The position numbers and the translations under genes are program-made. 64,000 nucleotides of DNA. Source: Patescibacteria group bacterium. GTDB lineage: Bacteria > Patescibacteriota > Patescibacteriia > 2-12-FULL-60-25. The notes below the pieces were generated by a model. The model made no database searches, was not told the origin of the DNA, and saw only the letters and a list, made by a program, of their open reading frames with translations. Shown in pieces: positions 57,116 through 64,000 of the stretch. The stretch covers positions 127,251 through 191,250 of the forward strand of contig JAVHLR010000001.1 in the NCBI GenBank assembly GCA_031082005.1. The letters are read 5' to 3'. The number at the start of each line of letters is the position of its first letter. Within the stretch, counting starts at the first letter, position 1.

Positions 57116-57431
57116 TGAATCAGTTTAACCTAAACGCTGTCTGCAAGGAAGTAGAATAGAAAAAAGACTTTTCTGTTTTTGCGTTTCCATCTGTACACGG
57201 CGAATCGTGGATGTCTTCATCAAAAAATTCCGTATGTATCGACTCAACTTATTCGTCTCCGCGACATATCATCTTGCACATACAGCCTTTACATCCCTCC
57301 AGCAGCTCGTTCGAAGAGAACGTGGGAAGAAGAAATATTTTGGCTAATTTTAGGCATTTTTCTTGGACTGACTTTTCTATATTATCTGACCCCAGTCTGT
57401 ATTCGGCCGACGACACATGTCAGCCGTTCTC

Positions 57432-57460
57432 TTGACAATAAGCTAAATCAGTAGTATGTT
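57432..57460 (+). promoter_or_regulatory. orphan near-consensus sigma70 promoter
   Basis: TTGACA (57432-57437), 17-nt spacer, TATGTT (57455-57460). No plus-strand gene lies downstream. Confidence 0.5.
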
Positions 57461-57466
57461 GGAGCT

Positions 57467-57760
57467 GTCATCCCGGGAAGTCCCCCGGGCGCCAACAGGA
57501 GAGCAGTAATGCTCGAGCAACCCGTGGGAATGGGTTGGATGAGGAAACGCTGGAAGAACCAGTCGTATGCCAAAGAATAAGGGCGATCGCTTGCGGGAAA
57601 CGTCTCGCGGGGACGTCAAACTCATCAGGCCTACGCTTGGTAAGCGGCCAAAAAGTTTATGCCTCGGTAAGCCGAGGTATTGGCGCCCAGGACGACACGG
57701 TAGTGACTTCGATCCTTGACGGGCGCCTGTCATAGGCCGCCTTCAGCAGACTTCATTCAT
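57467..57760 (+). ncRNA. candidate structured non-coding RNA, class unresolved (3' end uncertain, may extend to ~57898)
   Basis: No credible ORF. Several local hairpins, including GNRA-type loops, plus long-range complementary segments (see finding). Confidence 0.4.
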
Positions 57761-57818
57761 CCTTGACCACCATGCAGCAACATGGAGGTAGGAGAATGCA
57801 TTCCTGAATAAAAAATGA

Positions 57819-57841
57819 GGCGCCACCCCATGGGTGACGCC
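57819..57841 (-). terminator. intrinsic terminator of the TrmB-family gene
   Basis: Minus-strand stem ggcgtcaccc/gggtggcgcc (one mismatch), followed by tcatttttt. Confidence 0.5.
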
Positions 57842-57860
57842 GACAACACGGCTCCGTGTG

Positions 57861-57898
57861 ACCCCAGGCTGCAGCTTACGCCTGGGGTCCTCTTTTTT
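57861..57898 (+). terminator. plus-strand intrinsic terminator embedded in the 3' end of the convergent TrmB gene
   Basis: Stem accccagg/cctggggt with a 12-nt loop, followed by cctctttttt. Confidence 0.45.
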
Positions 57899-58637
57899 CT
57901 ATCAGATTCTTTCCTGTCATGCCGAGCTTCATGAGCTCGCGCAACGTTTGGGCTAATTCTTTGCTTTCGATCAGGATGCTGATCAGCTTGCCTTTGAAGG
58001 TATACATGGCGATCTTGTCGCCATAAACAGCGATATCTCCGGAAAAATCGAACCCTTGCGGCAATAGATGAGCTTCGGTATAAGGGCGCATGCTGAACTC
58101 CGGTTTGGCGATATAGATGCCTTTGGTCTTGACCTTCTTGCGGTTCAGTTCGTCCCGCAGATCCTTCAGGCCGACCCAATCAGGGAAAATGTTTTTGACC
58201 GCCTCGATATTCGCGATCTCGTAGATGACTTCACAGTCGCTGGAAGCGATGTCGCCAGCGATGGCTTTGACGCCCTCTTCTCCTTCGAACAATTTCACGA
58301 CCGGCTTCTCTCCGCGCTGCAACAGACGCAAATCCTGTATGCCGGTTTCGACTTCCTTGAGCGTGCTCTCCATCTCCTTCATGCGTGATTGGACGAATGA
58401 GATGAGGCGTTCCGGTGACTCCGCCGTGTAGTTTGTTTTTTTGCCTTTCTGTACCTGGCTCATCAGACCTCGCTCCGCCAACGATTCGATGACGGCATAT
58501 GTCGTCACGCGCGAAACTTTGGCTTTGCGTGCGATATCCTGGACCGAGGCCGGACCCATCTCAAGCGAGATGAGATAAATTTTAGCTTCACTGTCCGTGA
58601 AACCAAGGGATTTGAGGAGGATGTTCCATTGTGTCAT
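57876..58637 (-). CDS. TrmB-family transcriptional regulator
   Basis: wHTH FTDSEAKIYLISLEMGPASVQDIARKAKVSRVTTYAVIESLAERGLMS. Paralogue of 37109..37912. Confidence 0.7.
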   Translation of the reverse strand: MTQWNILLKSLGFTDSEAKIYLISLEMGPASVQDIARKAKVSRVTTYAVIESLAERGLMSQVQKGKKTNYTAESPERLISFVQSRMKEMESTLKEVETGIQDLRLLQRGEKPVVKLFEGEEGVKAIAGDIASSDCEVIYEIANIEAVKNIFPDWVGLKDLRDELNRKKVKTKGIYIAKPEFSMRPYTEAHLLPQGFDFSGDIAVYGDKIAMYTFKGKLISILIESKELAQTLRELMKLGMTGKNLIEKRGPQA

Positions 58638-58659
58638 ACGTCAAGACTATAGCTTAAAT

Positions 58660-59985
58660 CTATGTTTTTTTCAATATTAACGACAATTCCTCCCTCACGA
58701 CCTCCCGATCGTCCCACGGGCTTGCCACGCCGCCGATGACGATGGATTGTTCCGCTCCCTTGCCTGTTATCAGTACGACGTCGTTCGGCTGAGCGAGTTC
58801 CAACGCTTTGCGGATGCCCGTACGGCGATCCAGGATGACGAACAGGTCCAGCTCCCTGATTTTCCCTGCTGCTTCGGCAGCTACCGCAATGTCTTCGGCG
58901 ATCGGCAACGGTTCATCTTCGTACGGATCGACGTTGCTGCAGATCACATGGTCGGCCATCTTTCCCGCCAACTCACCCATGATCGGACGTTTTGCCTTAT
59001 CGCGTCCTCCACCTTCTGCGCCCAACAACACGATTATCTTTCCGCCGGTGTTCCGGGTGATGGCCTGCGCGGTCTTGAGGACTGCAGTCATGCTTTCTTT
59101 TTCGTGCGCGTAGTCCACGAACAGTGTGTACGGCTGTCCCAGCGATATCTTCTCCATCCTTCCGGGGATAAGTGTCAAAGCATCGAAACCTTTTTGGATC
59201 GCTTCTCGCGTCGCTCCGAATTCCTTGGCCGCGATGATCGCGGGCAAGGCGTTCATCACGTTGAACTCTCCGATGACGCGTAAAGTGTAGTCCTCGCCTT
59301 TGATGTCGAATGACACGCCATCCGGTGTGGTCGAGATGTCTTGTGCCTTGAAATCACTCGTTTCGCCTAGGCCGTAGGTGATTCGTTTATCCGCAGGAAA
59401 AGACAGGAAATACTCCTTATGCGGGCTGTCGCTGTTGATTATCGTAGTTTTTTTCAGCTCCTTGCCGGTGATGGTTTTGCGCGCGCTCTTCATCAACTCC
59501 ACGAACATCTTGCCCTTTGCGGCTTTGTAGTTCTCGAAACTTCCGCCATGTGACGGCAGATGCTCCGGCGTCAGGTTGGTGAATATGGCGAAGTCATAGG
59601 CGATACCCTTGTGCCGCCACTTCACGATGCCTTCCGAAGTCGTCTCGAACACACAGTGCGTACAGCCTGCCTTCACCATGTCCGAAAATATCTTCTGCAT
59701 CACCAACGGTCCAGGCATGGTCATGTGGTATTTGTTCATCTCTTCTTTCTCTCCAATGCGCACGTTCGCCGTACCGACCAGACCCGTCTTGAATCCCGCT
59801 CCGGTCAGCGCCGCCCAGACGAAATTCGCGGTCGTAGTCTTGCCCTTGGTACCCGTGACGCCGATCATAGCCATCTTCTTGGACGGAAAACCGTACAACG
59901 CAGCGGCAGCATAGGCGAGGAAAAAGTGGTATGCGGAAAGCAGCCAACCAGGCGAAAACTTTTTCAGGATTTTTTTGGGGTTCAT
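58660..59985 (-). CDS. murE: Mur ligase family protein, MurE-like (UDP-MurNAc-L-Ala-D-Glu:diamino acid ligase)
   Basis: P-loop GVTGTKGKTTT, HMTMPG, FETTSEG, NLTPEHL and DYAHEKES motifs. The N-terminal domain is short. The DNPR specificity motif is replaced by VDPYED. Confidence 0.6.
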   Translation of the reverse strand: MNPKKILKKFSPGWLLSAYHFFLAYAAAALYGFPSKKMAMIGVTGTKGKTTTANFVWAALTGAGFKTGLVGTANVRIGEKEEMNKYHMTMPGPLVMQKIFSDMVKAGCTHCVFETTSEGIVKWRHKGIAYDFAIFTNLTPEHLPSHGGSFENYKAAKGKMFVELMKSARKTITGKELKKTTIINSDSPHKEYFLSFPADKRITYGLGETSDFKAQDISTTPDGVSFDIKGEDYTLRVIGEFNVMNALPAIIAAKEFGATREAIQKGFDALTLIPGRMEKISLGQPYTLFVDYAHEKESMTAVLKTAQAITRNTGGKIIVLLGAEGGGRDKAKRPIMGELAGKMADHVICSNVDPYEDEPLPIAEDIAVAAEAAGKIRELDLFVILDRRTGIRKALELAQPNDVVLITGKGAEQSIVIGGVASPWDDREVVREELSLILKKT

Positions 59986-59987
59986 AA

Positions 59988-61253
59988 TTATTTTTTATGT
60001 CTTGGACGATGAGGCTTTCGTGGTACCTCCGCCGATGTCAACGAACGTATGGGATTGTTCCGGAACATGATCTGGTAGATGATCCAAATGACTAAGATGG
60101 GGAGCGCCCCGACCGCGATCGTCCAGCTGCTTCCGATTAATCCATAGAGCACGCCTGCTAGCATGGGACCGATAGCCCAACCCAGGTCTTCCGCAAGATT
60201 GATGACGCCCGAAACCGCCCCATCTTGGGCATGTTCCCTATCTAAAGCATGCATCCACGACCATAACGAGATACCAGCCATTTCATCGCCCGTAGTGGCC
60301 AGGAAACCAAAGAGCAAAAAGAGCCACCCATAATTAAAGCCCAGCAGCATGCCGCTCACGGAGAAGATGAGGAGCCCGAAGAAGATCAGGGTTCTTTTTT
60401 CCACCTTATCGGCCAGGTTGCCCAACGCATAGCCCAACACGACTACCGCAAAATCGAAAACACCCAGCCCCAGCCCCAGCATCCCGGTATTCGCTTGATG
60501 GGCGATCACGAGCGGCACGACGAACCAGATGATTCCGTAAAAGATGGAGGAACTAAGGTTGAGCATGAGCAGGAGTGAGCTGGCCGGATTCAATTTCTTG
60601 ATCGCTCGTAATACGTCACGCAGGTAATGCCTGCGGATATAGTAGTGGTGCGTCTCCAGTTTTTTCTCTGCATGCACCGAGACCGTATCTTTCGGACTGA
60701 AGAACAAGGCGACCAGCGCTGCCGCCAGCACGATCAGGATGGTGGAGCCGATAGCCTGTGGAGCGAATAACAGCACAAAGGGTAGGATTGCGCTGGAGAA
60801 AACTACGCCGAGCGAACCCGCCATGTCGCGCAACGACATGAACCTACCGGCGTTCGATTTCTCTGCCTGCGACAAGGCATAAGCATTCACGCCCGGGCCG
60901 AAGAAGAGCCAGCCTGCAGTGGCCATGACAAGGCTCATGATGTAGGTGACTGTCGTCAGCCCGAAAACGATGCACACGGCGGCCAAGATGAAGAAGAAAG
61001 TGGTGAGCTTGAGCAACTTCAGATAACCGAATCGATCCAACAAATACCCCGCAGGAACGTCCAATAGCAGTTGTATCAACGACCCTCCACCCATCAGCAG
61101 ACCGACGATCCAGAGGGGGAGGAGCCGCTCTCCCAGCGGGGAAATGAGTGAATAGTGCAGTGCACCCCCGAATTTAAAGAAAACCAGGAAAATCCAGAAG
61201 GGGAGGAAGCGCAGGAGGATGCCCTTTGTACGATGGTTCGTGATGGTGCTCAT
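59988..61253 (-). CDS. MFS-type transporter
   Basis: About 12 TM helices. The start is moved to the Met at 61253 (MSTITNHRTKG...), because the 50-codon upstream extension in track ORF 59988..61403 only reads through the intergenic hairpin repeats. Confidence 0.7.
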   Translation of the reverse strand: MSTITNHRTKGILLRFLPFWIFLVFFKFGGALHYSLISPLGERLLPLWIVGLLMGGGSLIQLLLDVPAGYLLDRFGYLKLLKLTTFFFILAAVCIVFGLTTVTYIMSLVMATAGWLFFGPGVNAYALSQAEKSNAGRFMSLRDMAGSLGVVFSSAILPFVLLFAPQAIGSTILIVLAAALVALFFSPKDTVSVHAEKKLETHHYYIRRHYLRDVLRAIKKLNPASSLLLMLNLSSSIFYGIIWFVVPLVIAHQANTGMLGLGLGVFDFAVVVLGYALGNLADKVEKRTLIFFGLLIFSVSGMLLGFNYGWLFLLFGFLATTGDEMAGISLWSWMHALDREHAQDGAVSGVINLAEDLGWAIGPMLAGVLYGLIGSSWTIAVGALPILVIWIIYQIMFRNNPIRSLTSAEVPRKPHRPRHKK

Positions 61254-61334
61254 GGCAGTAAACGTCTGGTTGAATAGTAAATTAAGACGCCTTTCCGGGC
61301 AATGGCTTGGCGTTTTTCTGCATTCAACCCTCCT

Positions 61335-61360
61335 GTCATCCCGGCCTCCGAGTCGGGATC
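61335..61360. repeat. GTCAT...ATC palindromic hairpin repeat, CCCGGC subtype
   Basis: gtcat-cccggc-ctccga-gtcggg-atc. Confidence 0.7.
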
Positions 61361-61374
61361 TACCCTCCACCTCT

Positions 61375-61411
61375 GTCATTGCGAGCGTGCAGACTGACCA
61401 CACGCGGCAAT
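61375..61411. repeat. GTCAT...ATC hairpin repeat, TGCGAGC...GCGGCA subtype
   Basis: gtcattgcgagcgtgcagactgaccacacgcggcaatc, abutting the TAG stop of the DHH gene. Confidence 0.6.
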
Positions 61412-62338
61412 CTACCCCTCAAAAGCTGCTTTCAACAGCGGCACGATCTGTTTCCGCATGATTACGTCAGGCCGTTCAGCTACGTTGCCCGCGAATCTGA
61501 CGCTCAAGACTTTTTCCAATAGCATTTTCGTTCCTTCTTCGTGTGTAACAAAATAATTCCTCGCATTTTCGAGTTCGATCAAATTCAAGAAGATGAAATC
61601 CAGATTTATGTCAGTTTTAATTTTTTCGAGCGATTGTAGGATTTCTTCGTATCTCTCATTAATTAGTTTTTTCGCTCCGATGATTTCTAATTGGGCGATG
61701 CCGACTTTTTTCGCACCCATTTCGAACCAGGCGAAATCCCCCTCGAGCCTCTCGATTAGTTTGCTGCCCGACAAATCAGATTTTGCGGCAAATAGTTCTT
61801 TCCAGAACCCGTCCGGTAGTCTGGCGGTTCCATTCAGCCTTGCGAACGCAGTTTTGTCCCTTTCCGTGGTCACGTTACCCTTGAAATTCAATGTATTCGA
61901 TATGATCGCGGCACAGACGAGCTCTGCCGATTCTCGGGAAATCTCGATTTCATTATTCATGAACTTTTCCGCGACCAAAGTCGCTGCCGCACCCACAAAC
62001 TCTATCTGGACTTTGGCGTTAGGGAACTTTTCAGCCTGATGTATTTTGCGATGGTCGATTATCTCGATGACTTTTTCCGGTGCGATCCTGCCTTCCAAGC
62101 CGATCAAGTCGCTTGAGTCCACCAATATGACTACATCGAAGTCATCCGCGTTCTCTATCGCCATCGGCCGCTTAATATTGAAGCGGTCACAAACGTACTT
62201 AGCCTCGTCATGTATATCACCTATAACCCCTGCAACGACGCTACGTTCGGGCTTATCCAGGAATTCAGCATAAGCAACCGCTCCAGCAACGCCGTCGAGG
62301 TCTGGATTCACATAGCAAGTGACGAGTACGGGTTTCAT
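61412..62338 (-). CDS. DHH/DHHA2-family phosphoesterase (family II pyrophosphatase-like)
   Basis: VNPDLDGVAGAVAYAEFL, VILVDSSD and IIDHRK motifs. 308 aa. Several canonical His residues are substituted. Confidence 0.55.
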   Translation of the reverse strand: MKPVLVTCYVNPDLDGVAGAVAYAEFLDKPERSVVAGVIGDIHDEAKYVCDRFNIKRPMAIENADDFDVVILVDSSDLIGLEGRIAPEKVIEIIDHRKIHQAEKFPNAKVQIEFVGAAATLVAEKFMNNEIEISRESAELVCAAIISNTLNFKGNVTTERDKTAFARLNGTARLPDGFWKELFAAKSDLSGSKLIERLEGDFAWFEMGAKKVGIAQLEIIGAKKLINERYEEILQSLEKIKTDINLDFIFLNLIELENARNYFVTHEEGTKMLLEKVLSVRFAGNVAERPDVIMRKQIVPLLKAAFEG

Positions 62339-62484
62339 ATATGGATTTGTAGCAAGAATTCAGGGCAAAAACAATAATTGGCCAGTAAGTTAAATACAAT
62401 TCCATAAGATAAAAAAAGCTAATTTAAGACCTTTCTGCTTTCAGTGATTGACAGTAAAGGCATTTTATTATAGGTAGAGCAATT

Positions 62485-62739
62485 ATGTTTATGGTTACAC
62501 GAACATTTATTGACGATAATGGATATCCGAGGTTTATCTATAGTAGGCGACTGGTACACCGTTGGATGGTAGAAAAAGTAATAGGGAGAGGACTCAATCA
62601 TTTTGAGTTTGTGCATCATTGCGATGGCAACAAACGAAATTACAGCATTAAGAATCTGTACGTTTGTTCATACGAAGAACACGATCGCATTCACCGATAT
62701 TATTTAGCGACAACAGGAGATTGGTACGGAAAAAACTAA
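62485..62739 (+). CDS. small HNH endonuclease
   Basis: VHHCDGNKRNYSIKNLYVCSYEEHDRIH (HNH_3-type H-N-H). 84 aa. Lies in an AT-rich stretch. Confidence 0.65.
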   Translation: MFMVTRTFIDDNGYPRFIYSRRLVHRWMVEKVIGRGLNHFEFVHHCDGNKRNYSIKNLYVCSYEEHDRIHRYYLATTGDWYGKN

Positions 62740-62765
62740 TATATTCGGATTTCTAAAAAAAAGAA

Positions 62766-62791
62766 AAGACAGCTTCAGAAAAAGCTGTCTT
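62766..62791. terminator. bidirectional intrinsic terminator
   Basis: 10-bp stem aagacagctt/aagctgtctt, with an A-run upstream and a T-run downstream. Confidence 0.6.
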
Positions 62792-62795
62792 TTCA

Positions 62796-62871
62796 TGGTG
62801 GACCGTGCCGGATTCGAACCGGCGACCTCCGCGTTGCAAACGCGGCGCTCTACCAACTAAGCTAACGGCCC
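62796..62871 (-). tRNA. tRNA-Ala (anticodon TGC), CCA encoded
   Basis: The reverse complement is GGGCCGTTAGCTTAGTTGGTAGAGCGCCGCGTTTGCAACGCGGAGGTCGCCGGTTCGAATCCGGCACGGTCCACCA. The G3:U70 identity pair is present. Confidence 0.92.
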
Positions 62872-62947
62872 ATTAAATTGCTGCGCCAATATATCTGAAA
62901 GCCACAACCAAGTCAATGCAATCCGCCCCGTAACGCTAAATATGATT

Positions 62948-64000
62948 TTACATCGGCCTGTCATCCCCGGTTGCATCCTCGAATCGTTCGATGGCCTCAC
63001 GTTGCGCTTTCTTGATGTCTTCTTCATTTGGCCTTAACTCTTCGAGCCGTGATTCATAGCGGATTAGCGTATTGCCTGGCATCATCGGATCTCGCGTGGC
63101 CGGCAGATTGGGAGGTCGGCCGTGTGTCGCCAGGATTCCTAGACGCTTCAGATATGAGCGCGTTTCTTTGATGGCAATCCTTCTGTTTTGATGCAAATTC
63201 GCGTACATCCCGAAGAGATACTTGAATTCAGCATGGCCATCCTTGTCTTCTGCGCCCGTGTTTATCCTATCTTCAATCTCTTTATCCGTGAGATTGCTGG
63301 CAGAGAGCTCCTCGAGCAAGGGTAAGAATCCTTTAAGTCTGGAGAAAGACTCTTTCAGGCCCGTCCAAGTATCCTTGTCCAAGGTCCAATTATTGTGTTT
63401 CGTCACCGCCTCCCAGACCATGGAACGGTAGGGATCCATCGGTTCTTCGTTTTCGCCGTATTCGTTCTTGACGCTGCTTTTCCTGTTCAGGCCAGCCGAT
63501 AATCCGTTGTCTATGGCCGCCATACGTCCGTCTCGACTGGAGGTATCGACTAGGGTGTTGCCTAGGTGCCCATCTGTCGCGGGTACGAGGTAGTGCTGGC
63601 AGGCGATGCGCATAGCCCATTTGGCGAGTTTATTGCGTGGTCCTTCCTGAAGCAGGCCCTCGAACTCCTGAATAGTCATCTGACGTATCGTCTGTTCCTC
63701 GAATTTACTTACGTCTTCCTCGCCCATGACCACCAACAGGTTCGTCAAATTCGGCCTCGACCATCCGCGGTAGGCATCTTTTCCTGTCGTATCGGTCGTG
63801 CTCTCTAGCAACGAGCGGATATTCGATATTTCTGTGTCGTATGCGGACAGGTCGCGCGCCATTAGCGTGAACAACTCATCCCTTTTTTTCTTGATTTCGC
63901 CTTTAGTCACCCCGGCGTTTTCTGGTGAGACAAATCTCTGCGCTGAAAGGATGTCGACGTTACGGCTGACGATTTTGCCTGTATCGCTATGCCTGACGTC
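62948..64000 (-). CDS. hypothetical protein with PI3/PI4-kinase-like catalytic-loop motifs (N-terminus probably outside the window)
   Basis: The track gives 62948..63910 with a GTG start, but the frame stays open to position 64000 on hand translation. Motifs: PATDGHLGNTLVD and AAIDNGLS. Confidence 0.45.
   Translation of the reverse strand, partial: DVRHSDTGKIVSRNVDILSAQRFVSPENAGVTKGEIKKKRDELFTLMARDLSAYDTEISNIRSLLESTTDTTGKDAYRGWSRPNLTNLLVVMGEEDVSKFEEQTIRQMTIQEFEGLLQEGPRNKLAKWAMRIACQHYLVPATDGHLGNTLVDTSSRDGRMAAIDNGLSAGLNRKSSVKNEYGENEEPMDPYRSMVWEAVTKHNNWTLDKDTWTGLKESFSRLKGFLPLLEELSASNLTDKEIEDRINTGAEDKDGHAEFKYLFGMYANLHQNRRIAIKETRSYLKRLGILATHGRPPNLPATRDPMMPGNTLIRYESRLEELRPNEEDIKKAQREAIERFEDATGDDRPM

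Noticed and set aside
57535-57735. 66-codon plus-strand ORF within the candidate ncRNA
   Set aside because: It has a TTG start with no SD, its composition is dictated by the stems, and it overlaps the predicted helices.
57467-57760. Assignment of the candidate ncRNA to RNase P RNA, tmRNA, SRP RNA or 6S RNA
   Set aside because: Only fragmentary resemblance to RNase P CR-I/P4 was found. There is no GGUUCGA-type T-arm or ..CCACCA end and no tag ORF ending in a typical ..AA stop (tmRNA). There is no GGAAGGAAGCAG motif (SRP). The identity is left open rather than forced.
61254-61403. 50-codon N-terminal extension of the MFS transporter ORF (MWSVCTLAMTEVEGRSRLGG...)
   Set aside because: The extension only reads through the two GTCAT...ATC hairpin repeats. 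The Met at 61253 is followed immediately by the first TM helix and gives a normal transporter length.

Overview
The window reads as one contiguous chromosomal segment in the standard genetic code. The source is probably a small-genome Patescibacteria/CPR-like bacterium. That placement is inferred from a 23S-5S rRNA operon with no 16S or spacer tRNAs and three insertions in the 23S, a Gram-positive-style type IV pilus cluster, a minimal Rrf2-NifS-NifU-ferredoxin operon, and many short orphan genes.

Recognisable content, in order:
- a copper-resistance cluster (HMA-membrane-cupredoxin fusion plus CopA)
- the Fe-S cluster operon
- a visibly GC-rich block encoding large coiled-coil proteins
- rpsF-ssb-rpsR
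- dCMP deaminase, EpmA and EF-P
- two sensor kinases
- MazG-like protein, tRNA-Leu(TAG) and a CobB-type sirtuin
- PP2C phosphatase and RlmH
- 23S and 5S rRNA
- a lower-GC accessory stretch (33.3-42.3 kb) that starts with a membrane-anchored Mrr-like nuclease
- a SAM methyltransferase plus a FeeM-like N-acyl synthase
- HK, CheY-like RR and pilB/C/minor pilins/pilM/pilA
- an EndoQ-like PHP nuclease
- MurE-like ligase, MFS transporter and DHH phosphoesterase
- a small HNH nuclease next to tRNA-Ala(TGC)

The most interesting unexplained signals are:
- an orphan consensus promoter that drives a helix-rich, ORF-free region of about 300-430 nt (57.43-57.90 kb)
- two families of reused hairpin modules: GTCAT...ATC palindromes at four loci, and a module of about 55 bp placed right after the stop codon of three consecutive genes
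- 14-nt tandem duplications inside epmA
- several apparently leaderless genes
- a tightly packed four-gene operon of unknown function (24.8-27.2 kb)

No CRISPR array, transposase or integrase was seen. All homology calls come from motif recognition by eye and have not been checked by database search.
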